DNA from: Flaccisagitta enflata
Lineage: Eukaryota
Length of the DNA: 64,000 nt
Reading direction: 5' to 3'
NCBI GenBank assembly: GCA_965153355.1
Contig: OZ231126.1
Location: 20,770,001 to 20,834,000, forward strand
Of this stretch, positions 11,753 through 27,252 are shown one piece after another. The position numbers and the translations under genes are program-made. The notes under the pieces were generated by a model. It saw only the letters and a program-made list of their open reading frames with translations, was not told where the DNA came from and made no database searches. Within the stretch, counting starts at the first letter, position 1. Each line of letters begins with the position of its first letter.

Positions 11753-14346
11753 AAATGACTGATAGACAGACACACAGACAGAGAGACAAATAGACTACTT
11801 GTCCAGTCCTTGTGCAATATGCATTCGATGCAGTCACGCATGATAGAACCTCTTTTTTCAGGGTCAAAGTTCTCGTCGATAAAAAACACGTTTCGCTTTC
11901 AGTTGTCAGTTGGTCTGTTGTTAACAGCTTGAAGACATCTTGTTCTTTTCTTCGAATCACTTAAGCCTTCAATTGGTCACGCCGTGGGATAAAAAGCCAA
12001 CGGTCGTATCAACGAAACGAAATCGGCGGACAAGTCGACGCTTGTGTCAAGCGCTCGAATCAAGTCTCCCTCGTTTGCGGTGATAACGGTGACTGCAAAA
12101 TTACTATCGGCGGTTTGTACCCAAGCTAGTTCATTTGTTTTGTAATTTTTCGGGTTCCTAGCTTTGGCTTTGGCCACTCTGTGTCTTAATCCTTTCCTGT
12201 AGTTCTGTTAGCAACATTCGAACTGGGCAACATTAGACTGGGCTCGGCTCTATGATCCGAGTTAGTCTACGTCGGCAACGGGCAGGTTTATCCCCCTGCC
12301 ATTAAAAAATACCCCCAGAAGGTACTCTGGAAGGGTTAGAAAAAGCAAAAAAAGCAGTAAAAATTTATATCCTTCATTGGTATGATAAATTGAATTTACG
12401 TGATGCTAGCGGTTGAGTTGGTGTAACTGTAAGATGAGACTTAAATCATTGTCTTCTTTCTGTGCCGGTTTAAAGCTATTATCATTTGATTTCAATGATT
12501 TTTTTATGAGTATCGCCTTCCTCCGCCTCCAATCTGTCGCTTAACTACATCGAAATTACCGAAAATTTCAGATTCTGCGATATGTAAATTAAGCTTATTT
12601 CGTTCTTTTTGACCCCGTCACATATTGAGATCAACACCGAGTCACCGACTTGGGGATAAAGCTCTCTTCGGGCCCTGCTTAGTTTACATAGACAATACAA
12701 GTGAAACGGGTGAGCAGAGGCGGAAACGCGCGTTTTTAGACTTTTCAACTCGACCATCACGGCCTGACGGACGGACAAAGCATCTTATCAAGTCGCAAGT
12801 TCGCGACTAAAAAAAGGAGGAAAAGTATGATGCGATCGATAACAACGACTCAGAAAACCTCTTTGGAAAACAGCGTCTGCAAGTACATGAGAGCCGTGAA
12901 GAAGCGTAGCTTTGTTCTTCATTCCATTGGCATTGACGTTACGATTTACGGTTTTACGATTTTTACACTTTTACAGTTTCTCTTTTGGACCGTCGCATCT
13001 TAACTCAATTACGGATCTGAGAGAGAATCTTAACGATCGATCGACAGATTTCCGAGTTCCTTGATTTCTCGATTTCCTGCTTTGCTTCAATTTCCGCTTT
13101 CTCATTGACAGATAGAGTGAATCACTGTGTACAGTTTGATGGCCGGGTAGAGGAACGACAACGAATCTTGTCACAGGGCGCCAAATCAGATGTTATGTTA
13201 GGTCGTTCTTTGATGCATTTGTTTATTCATTTGTTTATTCATTTTGTCAATCATTCATTCATTCATTCATACATACTTATCCAAAGGTTTTGATATTCAT
13301 TAACCACTAAAATTAGGTCGTACCTAAAATTGGATAGGTGAGTATATGAGTGGAAGCATATACTATACAGGAATGAGTAACTTTTGAATGTTTTGTTTAT
13401 TTTTAGATTTTCAGTTAATTTTGAAAAACATTTTTCTTCAAAGTTTTTTGTAAGATACTTTTTGTTGCACATTTCATACATTTATCCATTCACTCATGCA
13501 CTACTTCACTCATTGATTCATTCATTCATTCATTCATTCACTCATTCATTCATTCATTCATTCATTCATTCATTCATTCATCCATGCATTCATTCATTCA
13601 TTTATTCACTCATTTATTCCAATAATCTTTCATTAATTTATTCCTTTAATCATTCATTCATTCATTCATTCATTTATTTATTTATCTATTCATAACATAT
13701 TCATTCATTCATTCATTCATTCATTCATCCATCCATCCATCCATCCATCCATCCATCCATCCATCCATCCATCCATCCATTCATTCACTCATTCATTCAG
13801 ATTCTCCTAACGTCTTTAAGATGCTGTGTTTTCCGCATCCACCATTAGATTTGGATCACTGTGCATCAACCCCCCCCATCCAATTCCACCCTCTTTACAT
13901 CGTCTCGATGGTACAAAATCTCCGTTGGTGAAACCCGGATCTCGGCCGCGTTGTAAAGGAGCAAAAGTACGTCGTAAAAGATGGCCGATTGATGGGGCGA
14001 TCAAAGATGGTCGATTGATGGCGCTTTCGGAAACCACCAAAGATGGCGCTATCGGGAGATTGTAGACAATTACAAGACGGCGAGAAAATGGCCGAGAATT
14101 AACAGATGCAGATACGGATCGTCTGTAGGGAGGTATTACCTCTTACCGTCTGTTACTGATCTTCTGCAAGGGGATTTTTTACAATTTACGTGATAGATTG
14201 TCGTGATCTGGTCTCCATGAGCGGTAGATGTTCCGTACAGAATACATTGACCGTGATTTGATGTGTTGATAAGAAAGGGGTAATTGGTTCTGCTTATTGA
14301 CACATTGCATTGATGGGATTTCACGGGTGCTGTAAGAGTCGCGGTA

Positions 14347-14524
14347 CAGTTGAACCTCGCTCCAACGGACCCGCTTTTTTACGGAATTCTACCTGTAACA
14401 GATACTAATTCTTGGTCCCTTCCACCTGTTTTCTTTTATTTTTTATGTGGTCTATAACAAAATTCCAACAATAAAAGAAAAAAAATGTTAGTCCTTTGAA
14501 ATCCGTTAGAGCGGGATCTTACCG
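14347..14524. mobile_element. Short pogo/Tc1-like MITE (second copy at 62312-62487)
   Basis: TA-CAGTTGAACCTCGCTCCAACGGA ... TCCGTTAGAGCGGGATCTTACCG-TA. The interior is homologous to the copy at 62312. Confidence 0.7.
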
Positions 14525-14603
14525 TATATCGTTTTTTTTTAGTTCTTGTTCTTATTCTTGATCTTGTCTTGTTTTTAATTTGTTGTCTGTTTTTTTTCCG
14601 TTT

Positions 14604-14799
14604 TTAGTTGCGGACACGCAACTCTAAAAGAGGCTTTGTCCGTCCGTCGGTCCGTCAGTCGGTCGGTCAGTCCGTCGGTCCGTGGACACGAGTCAAAAAG
14701 TGAGGAAATGAGCGTTTTAGAACATTTTTAGTTGCGGACAGTTGCATTTCGGCCCCTGCCCACCCGTCCGCAACTGATGGCCGTGTATCCGGCCTTGTT
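14604..14799 (+). mobile_element. HINE-like element, AGTTGCGGAC subfamily
   Basis: 5' AGTTGCGGACACGCAACT, GTCC microsatellite, 3' GTCCGCAACT, hairpin GGCCG-TGTATC-CGGCC, T-rich flanks, no TSD. Confidence 0.75.
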
Positions 14800-14827
14800 T
14801 TTTTGGTTGCGCTTATTGTTGTTTTTC

Positions 14828-14930
<103 letters not shown>

Positions 14931-14932
14931 GC

Positions 14933-14968
<36 letters not shown>

Positions 14969-15015
14969 AATTGTTGTCGCTGTTGTCGCTGTTGTCGTTG
15001 TTGTCATTGTTTTCG

Positions 15016-15047
<32 letters not shown>

Positions 15048-15049
15048 GC

Positions 15050-15183
<134 letters not shown>

Positions 15184-17874
15184 ATGTCGCCACCTGCAAA
15201 CGATTCTACAAGCTAATGTCTGCCAGTCGGTCGGTCGGTCTATCTATTGATCCGTCTGTCTTTTTGGGTGTCCTTGAGTAGTTTTCCTTTTTGCATCTCT
15301 TCCTCTGTCCAATGATCTGTTTAGCTTCTAAAGATCTATATACAGGCGTGCTTTTATTCTTCCCCTCCGAGTAGCATTTGTTTTCCCGTTAGATTTTCCG
15401 ACTTGTCTATCATACTCATGTCAAATGGGCTGAGCATAGTTACATGTTCCACATGTATTGTTCTTTCAACATCTAAAAAGCAATGTGAGGAGATAATTTG
15501 CATAGTGCAGTATCAAGGTTCCCTCTAGTATTCAAAATGATTTAATGTCATCTCAGATTCATCAACACCCAACTATATTGTGTGTTGCTTCTTAGCATGA
15601 CTCGAAAAATTCCATGATTGCTATGATCGGTTTAAATGCATCACGTTAAAGAACGTTCATGAGGATTGTTCTGGGTCTGAACTTCAAACTTAAGAAATGG
15701 AAAACAAACCAAGCTACTCAACGTGTTGGTACTAACTGGATTATATTACGTAAACCTTCCGGATTACCTTCCGGGGGCATTTTTAGACGGCGGGGGATCA
15801 ACCCCGCCCAGAGACTGTTGAAGTTAACTGGAGTTAGAGGTGCTGAACAAGTCTCAGAGATTGAAAGGAATAAAGACAGTGACATGATTTGCTATACAGA
15901 AAAGATACAGAGTCTGTCCATTTACATGGAACAATTGATTGATAAAAAAAAAAGAAAAAAAAATTTCCTAGATTTTTAGATTTTAAGCCGAATGTGAAAA
16001 AAAGAATATTTTGAAAAAATAAAGCCTTCCAATGTTCTTAGCATGTTCTTAAATTTTTGACGATTTGAAGCCTAACGTTCTTATAAACTTGGTTCTTATA
16101 AAAAATAGTGTATTTTGCCAGCATTGTTGCAGGTTCAGCAGGCAACGGGCTAATCATTTAGTTTTATTCATTTGTATTTATCAATTTTGGCCCCTGATGA
16201 AACGAATGTTGCCTCCGGAGGCACGCTGTGATGTTCGCTGGTTTATATCTGATTTGATGAGAACAAGGCCAGATACACGGCAATCCAGTCAGGGACGGTT
16301 GAGCAGAAGCAATAATGCGGGAACCTCTAAAAGCTTTCTTTGTAAAACTTCAAACCAACTCAGTTGAATCTTTCTCTTTAAGGGCTGTTCTTCAACAAAA
16401 TTTCTAATTTTTCATCCTTGAATCTCTCCTAATTCAAGACCGACTTGCTTTTCAAGACCGACTTGCTTTTCTTGACCGACTTTTACCACGTCCGTGGATC
16501 CATGCTACTCGCACACACTTTCTATACGCCTTTACAACAAAACAAAACAAAACAAAACAAAAGGCCAAAAGGCGCTGTCTCCCCCGTCAATGGTATCGGT
16601 ATAAGGGGAACATGCTGCGGCGAAAGCGACTGTTGTAAAGGTGAGGAATGTATTTGAATAGGGGGTAAATGAAAATACTTAGATGAAAGGAGCAGTGAAA
16701 TGACATGGCTTAGTAAGTGTTAAAGGAAGCACGACAGCGGAGTCAGTGGTTAAAGCAGCCGCGCTGACGCCATAGCGGCAGCCGCAGCGGCGGTGGCGGT
16801 GAGTGTAAATACGCCAGTGGCATCGGCGGTGGCGGCGTCGGTGGCATCGGCATCGGCGGCGGCGGCGGCTCCGAAAGCAAACGCGGTCTTTGCCGAGGGA
16901 TTAAAAGCGGTCTTCGGTTCTTATCCTATCTTTACGATCCTTTTTCCCTCAAAAGTCTCCTTGCTCGCCAAAAAGCCCCAAGGATGCAAAAGAAGAAGAA
17001 AAAAGACGCTAAAAATGCTTTCAGGGAATTGTTGTACGCGAAATGGGGACGCCATGGAAGATGCCGCGCCGACGTTGAAGAAGATGATTGTGTAGTCGGT
17101 TGGTTCGTTAGTTCGTTAGTTTGTTGGTCGTGCCTTGCAAAATCAGTTCTTGGTGATACTTGAGCCAACTGCCAGCGATTTATTTTTACGTGATACGATT
17201 CCTGCAACTCTATTCTCTGGACAAGGTTTCAGTTTTATTGGCCTGCAGTTTGACTTTGAGTTGCTGTTTTTTGCGACGTTAGCGATCGGTCCAAACTGCG
17301 TCCATTCTACTAGCACTAATATGCACGTGACTAATCCTCGCGATGTTCAAGCAATTTTAGGCAGATGAACATTAGAGGCCTCATTGTTGGCTAACGATAA
17401 ACCCCGGTGTATAGCTGTTGCCTGCACGAAGGGAGGGGGGGGGGGACTTTGACGGCAAAGAATGTCTGAGGGATTTAGAGAGTACTACCGAGGAATTGAG
17501 GGATTCACAGAGTACAATTAGACTCAGTTATACAAATGGAAGATTTGGGCTGCGGAGAAAAACAAGTAATGTTGGGTTACAACATCCTCGCGGACGTACA
17601 ATCCCCCCCCCTTCCACACTTTTTACACACATACACACACAACTGCAGTAACTGAAATCTTAACAAATGCGCATTTTCACACGTTCTCAACTCGATCATC
17701 CCAGAAAGACGGGTCGACGGACGGACCGATGGACGGACAAAGCCTCTTTTCATTATAGGTTAGCTAACCCGCGAATAGAAAGAAGGGGTTGGAATTTGGT
17801 AACTGAGAAGCTTTTCTGGAATACGAAGGAGAGAACGCTTTCTTCTTATTCTTTCTTCGAAACAAATCATTATT

Positions 17875-18260
<386 letters not shown>

Positions 18261-19444
18261 CTTCCGAATTCTTTTTCTTTTCTTACTTATCTCTGAACCG
18301 ACTTTCAATTTTCTTTCCAACGTCGCTTTCGTCTTCGTCGTCTTCGTCGTCGTCGTCGTCGTCCTCGTCGTTTTTGGGGCCGCAACTCTGAAAAGTGGAT
18401 GCATAAACTTTTTACGAGAAACTCTCTTTCTCAATCTCTCTCCAAAGTTTCACGAAGCCGAGACACATACAAACTCTGACCCGTCGGTCGGTTGGCAAGC
18501 TACAAGTTTGTCGGTTGGACGGTAGGTCAGTCCGTCCGTTGTTCCGCAAGTAACAATTACTTTAAATGAAGACTAAATAAGGTTATTAAGCGGAGATCAG
18601 CAGTTTATCAGATGACATAAGCAAGTCTCTTGGTATGTTAGTCTGTTTTCCCGTCTATCTGTGTGTCTTTCAATTTGTCATTGGGTGATTGGATCATTCA
18701 TCCATTTGTTCATTTGTTCACCATTCTCTTTTTCATTCAGTAATGTATTCTCTTACTTATACACATCATCTCTCAAAATTATTTTCCGTTTCTATTTGTC
18801 CTGGTTTGTTTAGTTTGATTTTAAAGCCGACTTTTCTTGTGTTATGCAAAAAAGAGCGAGCAGCCAATCAACTCCAAAGAAATAAAAAGGGGAAAAAAAA
18901 GTACCGAGAAAACGTTAAATATTGACGACAACGACGACGAGGTGTGACTGGCAACGGGGATAGCTGCCGCACGTGTAGACAACAGCACAAATGATCAAAT
19001 CCTGCAACGCATGAGCATGCGAACAACATTACTTTAGTCTTTACGGTGAACCTGACCAGCTCTAGAGAGAGAGAGTAATGTAAGCGGCCATCGATTTGGA
19101 TAAATGGCGCTTTTCATAAGGAATCAGGGCGTCATTGTCAGGACGGGAGTCTTACGTAGTGGGATTTTCATCCGGAACTCTCTAGGAGGCTTTGTCCGTC
19201 CATTTGTCTCTGCTTCCGTCCCACCGTGCGTTGGGGAATCCGTGAAGATCGAGTCGAAAACAGCTTAAACTTGTATTTTCACCACAGCCCTTATAACCAA
19301 CGACGAAAATACTTTCACCGTCTTTTTAAAGGAAAAACAAAAAATGATAAAACACAACGACAACGACGACGCGACAAAGAACAACGAAAGAAACAACAAC
19401 AACAACAGCAACAAAATCAACTGCAATAACCACTACAATTATGT

Positions 19445-19583
<139 letters not shown>

Positions 19584-19888
19584 CGTCACCATGGCGAACT
19601 GAATACAATAGCGACTCATACGGACGCGAATTGCTCATCAAATTGTCGAGTTGAGATTCTCATCGCTTCGATTATAAAACGTAAAAATCGTCCAAGCGTG
19701 GGTCAAAAACTATGGGGGACGAACGGGCGGTAGGAAGAGGAAAACATACGGCTTGAACCAAAGGGTGGAGGAAGAGCAAGTATGCTTATATGTACAATTG
19801 AAATGTCCGAGGCTTAAAAACGGAAGAGGAAGAGGACGCGCATGCATAAACTACTTTCTTTCCCTCTCGTTGACCACGAAATTCATTT

Positions 19889-20001
<113 letters not shown>

Positions 20002-20112
20002 GTCGGTGTCGGCAACTTCAAAGGCATGACCGAGATGGTGGCGCTTCCGCCCCTCCCACTTCATTCCTAAATTGCCGACAACGATGACCCTCTGGCTTCG
20101 TCTGTCTGTCTG

Positions 20113-20169
<57 letters not shown>

Positions 20170-20392
20170 ACTCCTGTCTGTTGTTGTCTTAGTCTGGTTT
20201 TCTTTTTGTCATGACATAACAGTCTATGTCTGCATTTGTAATCTGCATGTTTGTCAATTATTTGTCACTCTTTTCACATTTATGTAATTCTGTCTGTCCC
20301 TGTGCTTCGCTCTGGCTTTGACTCTGTTTCTTGACTCGCTTTCTTTCTGTCTCTGTTCTTATGTCTGTCTTTTTCTCATTCTGACTGCCCGT

Positions 20393-20622
<230 letters not shown>

Positions 20623-20982
20623 GATAAGTGACATTAAAGTCAGATTGACCACACGTAGTGAAGAAGAAGGTTTTTGTCGGCAATTCTATAACGCGACAAA
20701 TGAGACAAATACGACGGACAGACAGACTCAAAACTGCCGGCCATGAAAATTTGCCGACGAACCGACAGACCGGCCGCTTTTTGACAAATCGAAACCCATC
20801 CAAGGGGAAAAAATGTCTTTCTCTCTCTCTCGATGATAATGATGATATCTCCGCGGAGCAGTCATTGCCATTTGCCATTGATTTGGTCGGCGCTTTTCAT
20901 GGAGATTCAAGACTTTGACGCTAATGAGCGAATTCGTTCTTCTCTCTATTTTGATTTTCTTATTTCTCCCTGTTGTTGTCGC

Positions 20983-21033
<51 letters not shown>

Positions 21034-21080
21034 CGTTGTCGTGGTCGTGGTCGTGGTCGTGGTTGTGGTTGTGGTTGTGG

Positions 21081-21131
<51 letters not shown>

Positions 21132-21142
21132 TTATTGTTGTT

Positions 21143-21234
<92 letters not shown>

Positions 21235-21620
21235 CTTTCTTCTTTTCCCTCTTATTCTTTTCTTCTTCTTTTCCTTCTTTTTCTTCTTCTTCTTCTTCTT
21301 CTTCTTCTTCTTCTTCTTCTTCTTCTTCGTCTTCTTCTTCTTCTTCTTCTTCAGCTTCTTCCTCTTTGTTTTCTTCCTCTTTCTCTTCATCATCATCTCC
21401 CTTTTCCCCTACATTTCTATTCAGACATTAACAGGCGGCGCGTTGCGTCGGGGTCATCACAGAGGTCGTCTAGGGTGCAGATGGTCGAACTCTGCACGGG
21501 TCAACCGTGACGTAATATGGGCTGTGAGAATCACGAGAAGCATGGAAAATTTTGGAAACGACTATTGTAACTTGATCATCGAACAAATTCATTTTATTCT
21601 TATTCATTGGGTTCCTCTGG

Positions 21621-21667
<47 letters not shown>

Positions 21668-21669
21668 GC

Positions 21670-21748
<79 letters not shown>

Positions 21749-21759
21749 ATTGTTGTTGT

Positions 21760-21817
<58 letters not shown>

Positions 21818-21866
21818 GCTGTTGTTGTTGGGTTCCTCTGGTTGTTGTTGTTGTTGTTGTTGTTGT

Positions 21867-21961
<95 letters not shown>

Positions 21962-22240
21962 GATGCTGTTTTAATTCTTCTTCTTCTTCTTCTTCTTCTT
22001 CTTCTTCTTCTTCTTCTTCTTCTTCTTCTTCTTCTTCTTCTTCTTCTTCTTCTTCTTCTCGCGCCAAGTGAGCAATGAGTAGGTACAGCGCATTGCCGCA
22101 TTTAAATATGAATATGAGTAGGTACAGCGCATTTGATTATGAATACCCGGATAAGCTTTGCCCGTTTCGCTTCCTTGATCAATGACGTATATCATGCATC
22201 GTGAAACTCCTTCCGAGGAGAAAGCACATTGTTACAAATA

Positions 22241-22667
22241 CAGTGGAATCTCACCTTAGTGGCACCTCCATTTTTCAGGTTTTTCTGATGTTAAAAAAAC
22301 CTCTATTTAAGGAACCTCTTTTAAGGGATATTCGGATTTAAGAGATAAGTTTTTGAAGATATCCCTTAAGTCTTGGTAAATTTTAGGTAAATCTAATGGA
22401 TTTTGAAAAAATTTAAGATTTTAAGATAGATGTTAGGAAAAAAATTTATTTAGAAATGATGAAATATTTCCTGATCCTAACTTAATAATTGCTGATGAAT
22501 ATATTAAAAGAAAAAAGATGTGGTTACACTAAGTACTTTACAATCAACAATCATTTGTAATTAACAAAGAAACCCTTTATGAAATATTGAATTCAATTTA
22601 AGGGATTTCAGATTTAAAAAACAAAAATAGTCAGTCCCTAGAAATCCCTTAAATCGAGGTCTCACTG
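22241..22667. mobile_element. Degenerate pogo/Tc1-like MITE
   Basis: TA-CAGTGGAATCTCACCTTAG versus CTTAAATCGAGGTCTCACTG. AT-rich interior with repeated TTTAAGGGA motifs. Confidence 0.55.
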
Positions 22668-23654
22668 CATGCAAATCATATTGTGCCATTCTCTTACCTT
22701 TACCTTCTTCCAATTCGAGTGAAATGTTGTAGGGAAATTACGTCGTTGTTATCCTCGGACGCGCAACTCAACACCTTGCCTGTCGTAAGTCCGTCCGTCC
22801 GTCAAATTTTTGAATTGCGAGCGGCTTTCGCATTGCTGCTCCTGCCCAACCTTCCGCGACTGGATAGCCGTGTATATCCGGCCTCGTTGCTATAGATGAC
22901 TCTTGGAAATCGGAAAAGAAGATCGTAAATCATGGATAAGGATTTTCCACGCATCAAATCTCCCCAGGGCTTGCGAGCGCTTGTCTCTCTTGTCTCTTCC
23001 TGTATTAGAGCTTGTATTTTGTGTCGCGGAGTCGCGGAGTCGTGTAGAATTAGAGGGCTGTCCCTCCGAAAAAAGAGCATTTCCGCCTCTGCTCACCTCA
23101 GCGCGGCCGGTGCTGAACCGAGTACTTGTTTCGCCCGTCTTCCACTTCGTTCGATTCTGTTCATTCATTCACGTGCTAAGCTTCGTCGGTTGGTCGGTCG
23201 GTTGGTCGTTTGGTTGGTCGATCGGTCGATTTGTCAATTGGTCGGATGATTGGTTGGTCCTACCCAATTACATGGATAGCCTTTTTAGGCAGCGGCCCCA
23301 AAGGGTAGTATAACCTATTCCTTGCCTTATGTGTGTCAGTCTAACGGCGTGTCTGCTCGTTGGTGCGCATGTCTGTCATACTTTCTGTCTAACTGCTGGC
23401 ATATTTTAATCTGAGGGCGAAACTAGCAAAACCCGCTCTAGCGAACCCTCCAGTAAAGGAACTCGGAATGATGAAGGAGCATAATTGCATGAACATTTTC
23501 CAAATGCGAATTGGATCCTTCAAAAACCAAAAACAGAATGCAATGAGCGTACTTTAGGTACAGGAATATATGTTCCTTAACTTCAGAAACGAAACGAAAT
23601 TTATATAGTTCAAACTCAACGATGAGACAACGGCCTCCCTATAAATTTCAAACC

Positions 23655-23747
<93 letters not shown>

Positions 23748-23832
23748 TTCCGTGATTCTCCGCCAGAGTCCCTCAGCTTACGCACGACGATTTTGAAGTC
23801 ACGTGACCCACAAGTTAAATTTATGTTAATCG

Positions 23833-23958
<126 letters not shown>

Positions 23959-24155
23959 GTCTGTAATCAGTATTTGAATTATGTGTTTATTATATTGATA
24001 GTAGTCTGATTTTCTAAGTTTAGGATACGCGCTTCTCGTTATTTGAATTCAGGCCTGTATACCACTAATGGCGACTGTCGCCGTGAGGAAAAGAGTCGTA
24101 AACATGGGTCACTTTTTTCCAAGCTTTTATCTTCAATCATGTCAATGCAATATTT

Positions 24156-24348
24156 TAAGTCACGTGCTACGCGACTCTACACCCCGCTTTGTCGGTCCGT
24201 CGGTCCGTCCGTCGGTCTGTCACACTTTACTTTTTTTTGGTTTTTGCAGTCTTTGGCCTCACTGCGCCTGCCCGAGTGATGTAAAGACCTCAAATATGGC
24301 CCCTGCCCACCCGCACGTGACTGGGGTAGCCGTGTATCCGGCCTTGTT
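24156..24348 (+). mobile_element. HINE-like element, AGTCGCGTGC subfamily
   Basis: Same architecture; ends ...GCACGTGACTGGGGTAGCCGTGTATCCGGCCTTGTT. Confidence 0.7.
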
Positions 24349-24396
24349 TACTTATTAGATCAAATTAAGAGCAATTGTATTTATTGATTGCACTGA

Positions 24397-24752
24397 AAAT
24401 CAGAGAAAAATGAGTCTGAGCTAAATGAGCTAGATGAGTTAAGATACTCAATATCACTCAACTAGACTACCAGCTATGCTCACTGACATGTTTCTTTCTT
24501 GTGCATGCTTACATCAAAACATTCATTTATACTATTTAAAATCAGAAAAAAATCAGAAAAAAAATGAGCTAAATGAGCTAAATGAGCTGGAATATTCAAA
24601 AACACCCTCACAGATGATTAGCTTTGCTCAATGACATGCTTTCTTGTATTTGCACACTCGGCCATGTATCAAAACATTTATTCATTCATCACATTTGTAA
24701 TCAGAAAAAAGATTTAGCTAAATGAGCTAAACTGCTCAAAAACACCCTCACA
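24397..24752. repeat. Degenerate ~150-bp tandem repeat with GAGCTAAAT motifs (related sequence at ~28440-28540)
   Basis: AATCAGAAAAA...GAGCTAAATGAGCT...CTCA...AGCT(A/T)TGCTCA..ACATG..TTCTTGT recurs. Possibly the subterminal repeats of a large decayed DNA transposon. Confidence 0.55.
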
Positions 24753-25387
24753 GCACTCTGTAATGTTACTCTGAGTTTTCTTCTACATTTGCTAGAATTT
24801 GAATAGAGGCAAGTATTGACTTAATTTTTTTTTTCAGTAAGAGCTTGTATCATGTAGATGCTATGATAAATTTCCTATCTTATTGGAATAAGCAGAAGTG
24901 TAACTATTTTGATAAAGAAATTTATAAAAATCATTGTTAACAAGCATATTGACATGTTCATCTGTTTTCTTTCTTCTCTGCATTCTCATTGGAAAGAAGC
25001 AAGAAAGCATTTATCTGATTGGTTGATTCAAACTGCCATGACAAACTGTCATGGAAGCAAGGCAAATTTGACCAATCAGAGAGCAGAATAGTTTTGAATG
25101 AACCAATGACAAAGCAGTGAGAAAAGAGAGAGCACTAGTATAAAAATGATAGTTTGTATTTGAAGTATTATAACACACATGCCCAAGCTTACTTGCCTTC
25201 TGGTATGTCGTTTCTCAAAAGGGGCCCCAAATCCGGCCCTATATTTTGATGCTGGATCTGGGAATCGCTATCTGGAGTCGAAAAGGCTAGCCAGATCTTG
25301 ATTGCTCTAAATATACTGATTCTTGGTTGAAGACAACACTACAAGATCCAGGGACAAGAAGTCTGTCCAGATAGCGTGCTCTTTGAT

Positions 25388-25454
<67 letters not shown>

Positions 25455-25951
25455 CATTTTCTCTTTCTCTCTCTCTCTCTCTTTTCTTTTACTTCTGTTT
25501 TCACGGATACTTCTGTCTTGTTTCTCTTACTTCCTTGATCTTTTTTGCTGTTTCCTTATATACTGCATGTATCAACTTATAGTTGTCAAATTAATGAAAG
25601 GTAACAAGGCCGGATACACGGCAATCCAGTCGCGGACAGTTGGGCAGGAGCAGTACCGCAAAAACCGCTCGGAATTCAGAAATGTGACGGACGGACCGAC
25701 GGACCGACGGACCGACCTTTTGAACCTGGAGGCTGGGATTTAAGGCTCAAGGCTGGGAGTTGAGCTTTTAGGCTGGATTTTGAGCTTTGAGGGTTGGAAA
25801 ATGAGCCTTCAGGCTGGAAAATGAGCCCTGCAACTAGAATATGAGCTTCAGAGCCGGGGGGGGACGACGGAGAAGGAGAAGGAGGAGGAGGAGAAAATCT
25901 CACATATGTGTGAGAGCAAAGGTCACTGGCCCCTTCGGGGCCGCTGCCCAA

Positions 25952-25961
25952 AAAAAGAAAG

Positions 25962-26000
<39 letters not shown>

Positions 26001-26403
26001 GAACAAAAGAGAGAGAAAGAGAAAGAAAAAGAATGAAAGAGAGAGAAAGAGAAATAACGGAAGAGAAAGAAAGAGATAGAAAGATAGAGAAAGAAAGAGA
26101 AAGAAAGAGAGAGAAAGATAGAGAAAGAAAGAAAGAGAGAGAAAGATAGAGAAAGATAGAGAAAGAGAGAGAAAGAAAGAGAAAGATAGAGAAAGAAAGA
26201 GAAAGATAGAGAAAGAAAGAGAAAGAAAGAGAAAGAGAGAGAGAGAAAAACAGAGAAAGAGAAACAAAGAAAGAGAGAGATAGAAAGAAAGGAAGAAAGA
26301 AAGAATAAAAAGAAGAATGAAAGAAAGAAAGAATAAAAAGAAGAATGAAAGAAAGAAAGAAAGAAAGAATGAAAGAATGAAAGAAAAATAGAGAGAATGA
26401 AAG

Positions 26404-26438
<35 letters not shown>

Positions 26439-26855
26439 AATAAAGAAAGAAAAAAAGAAAGAAAGAGAACAAAAGAGAGAGAAAGAGAAAGAAAAAGAAT
26501 GAAAGAGAGAGAAAGAGAAATAACGGAAGAGAAAGAAAGAGAAAGTAAGTGAAAGAAAATAAAAGAAAGAAAAAGAAAGAAAGACAAAGAGAGAGAAAGA
26601 GAAAGAAAGACAAAGAGAGAGAAAGAGAAACAAAGAAAGAGAAAGAAAGAGAGAGAAAGAAAGATAGAGAAAGAAAAAGAAAGAAAGAGAAAGAAAAACA
26701 GAGAAAGAGAAACAAAGAAAGAGAGAGATAGAAAGAAAGGAAGAGAGAAAGAATAAAAAGAAGAATGAAAGAAAGAATGAAAGAAAGAAAGAAAGAAAGA
26801 AAGAAAGAATGAAAGAATGAAAGAAAAATAGAGAGAATGAAATAAAGAATGAAAG

Positions 26856-26886
<31 letters not shown>

Positions 26887-27220
26887 AAAAAAGAAAGAGA
26901 ACAAAAGAGAGAGAAAGAGAAAGAAAAAGAATGAAAGAGAGAGAAAGAGAAATAACGGAAGAGAAAGAAAGAGAAAGTAAGTGAAAGAAAATAAAAGAAA
27001 GAAAAAGAAAGAAAGACAAAGAGAGAGAAAGAGAAACAAAGAAAGAGAAAGAAAGAGAGAGAAAGAAAGAAAGAGAAAGATAGAGAAAGAAAGAGAAAGA
27101 AAGAGAAAGAAAAACAGAGAAAGAGAAACAAAGAAAGAGACAGATAGAAAGAAAGAATAAAAAGAAGAATGAAAGAAAGAAAGAAAGAATGAAAGAATGA
27201 AAGAAAAATAGAGAGAATGA

Positions 27221-27252
<32 letters not shown>

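Noticed and set aside
14100-14170. Possible Hox-cluster miRNA hairpin (miR-10, miR-196, iab-4/8, miR-993)
   Set aside because: Only a short imperfect stem. I found no match to these mature sequences by eye here or elsewhere; a miRBase/MirGeneDB search is needed to exclude them formally.
25015-25110. CCAAT-box cluster
   Set aside because: It forms an inverted CTGATTGGT/ACCAATCAG pair inside a probable decayed DNA transposon and lacks other promoter features.
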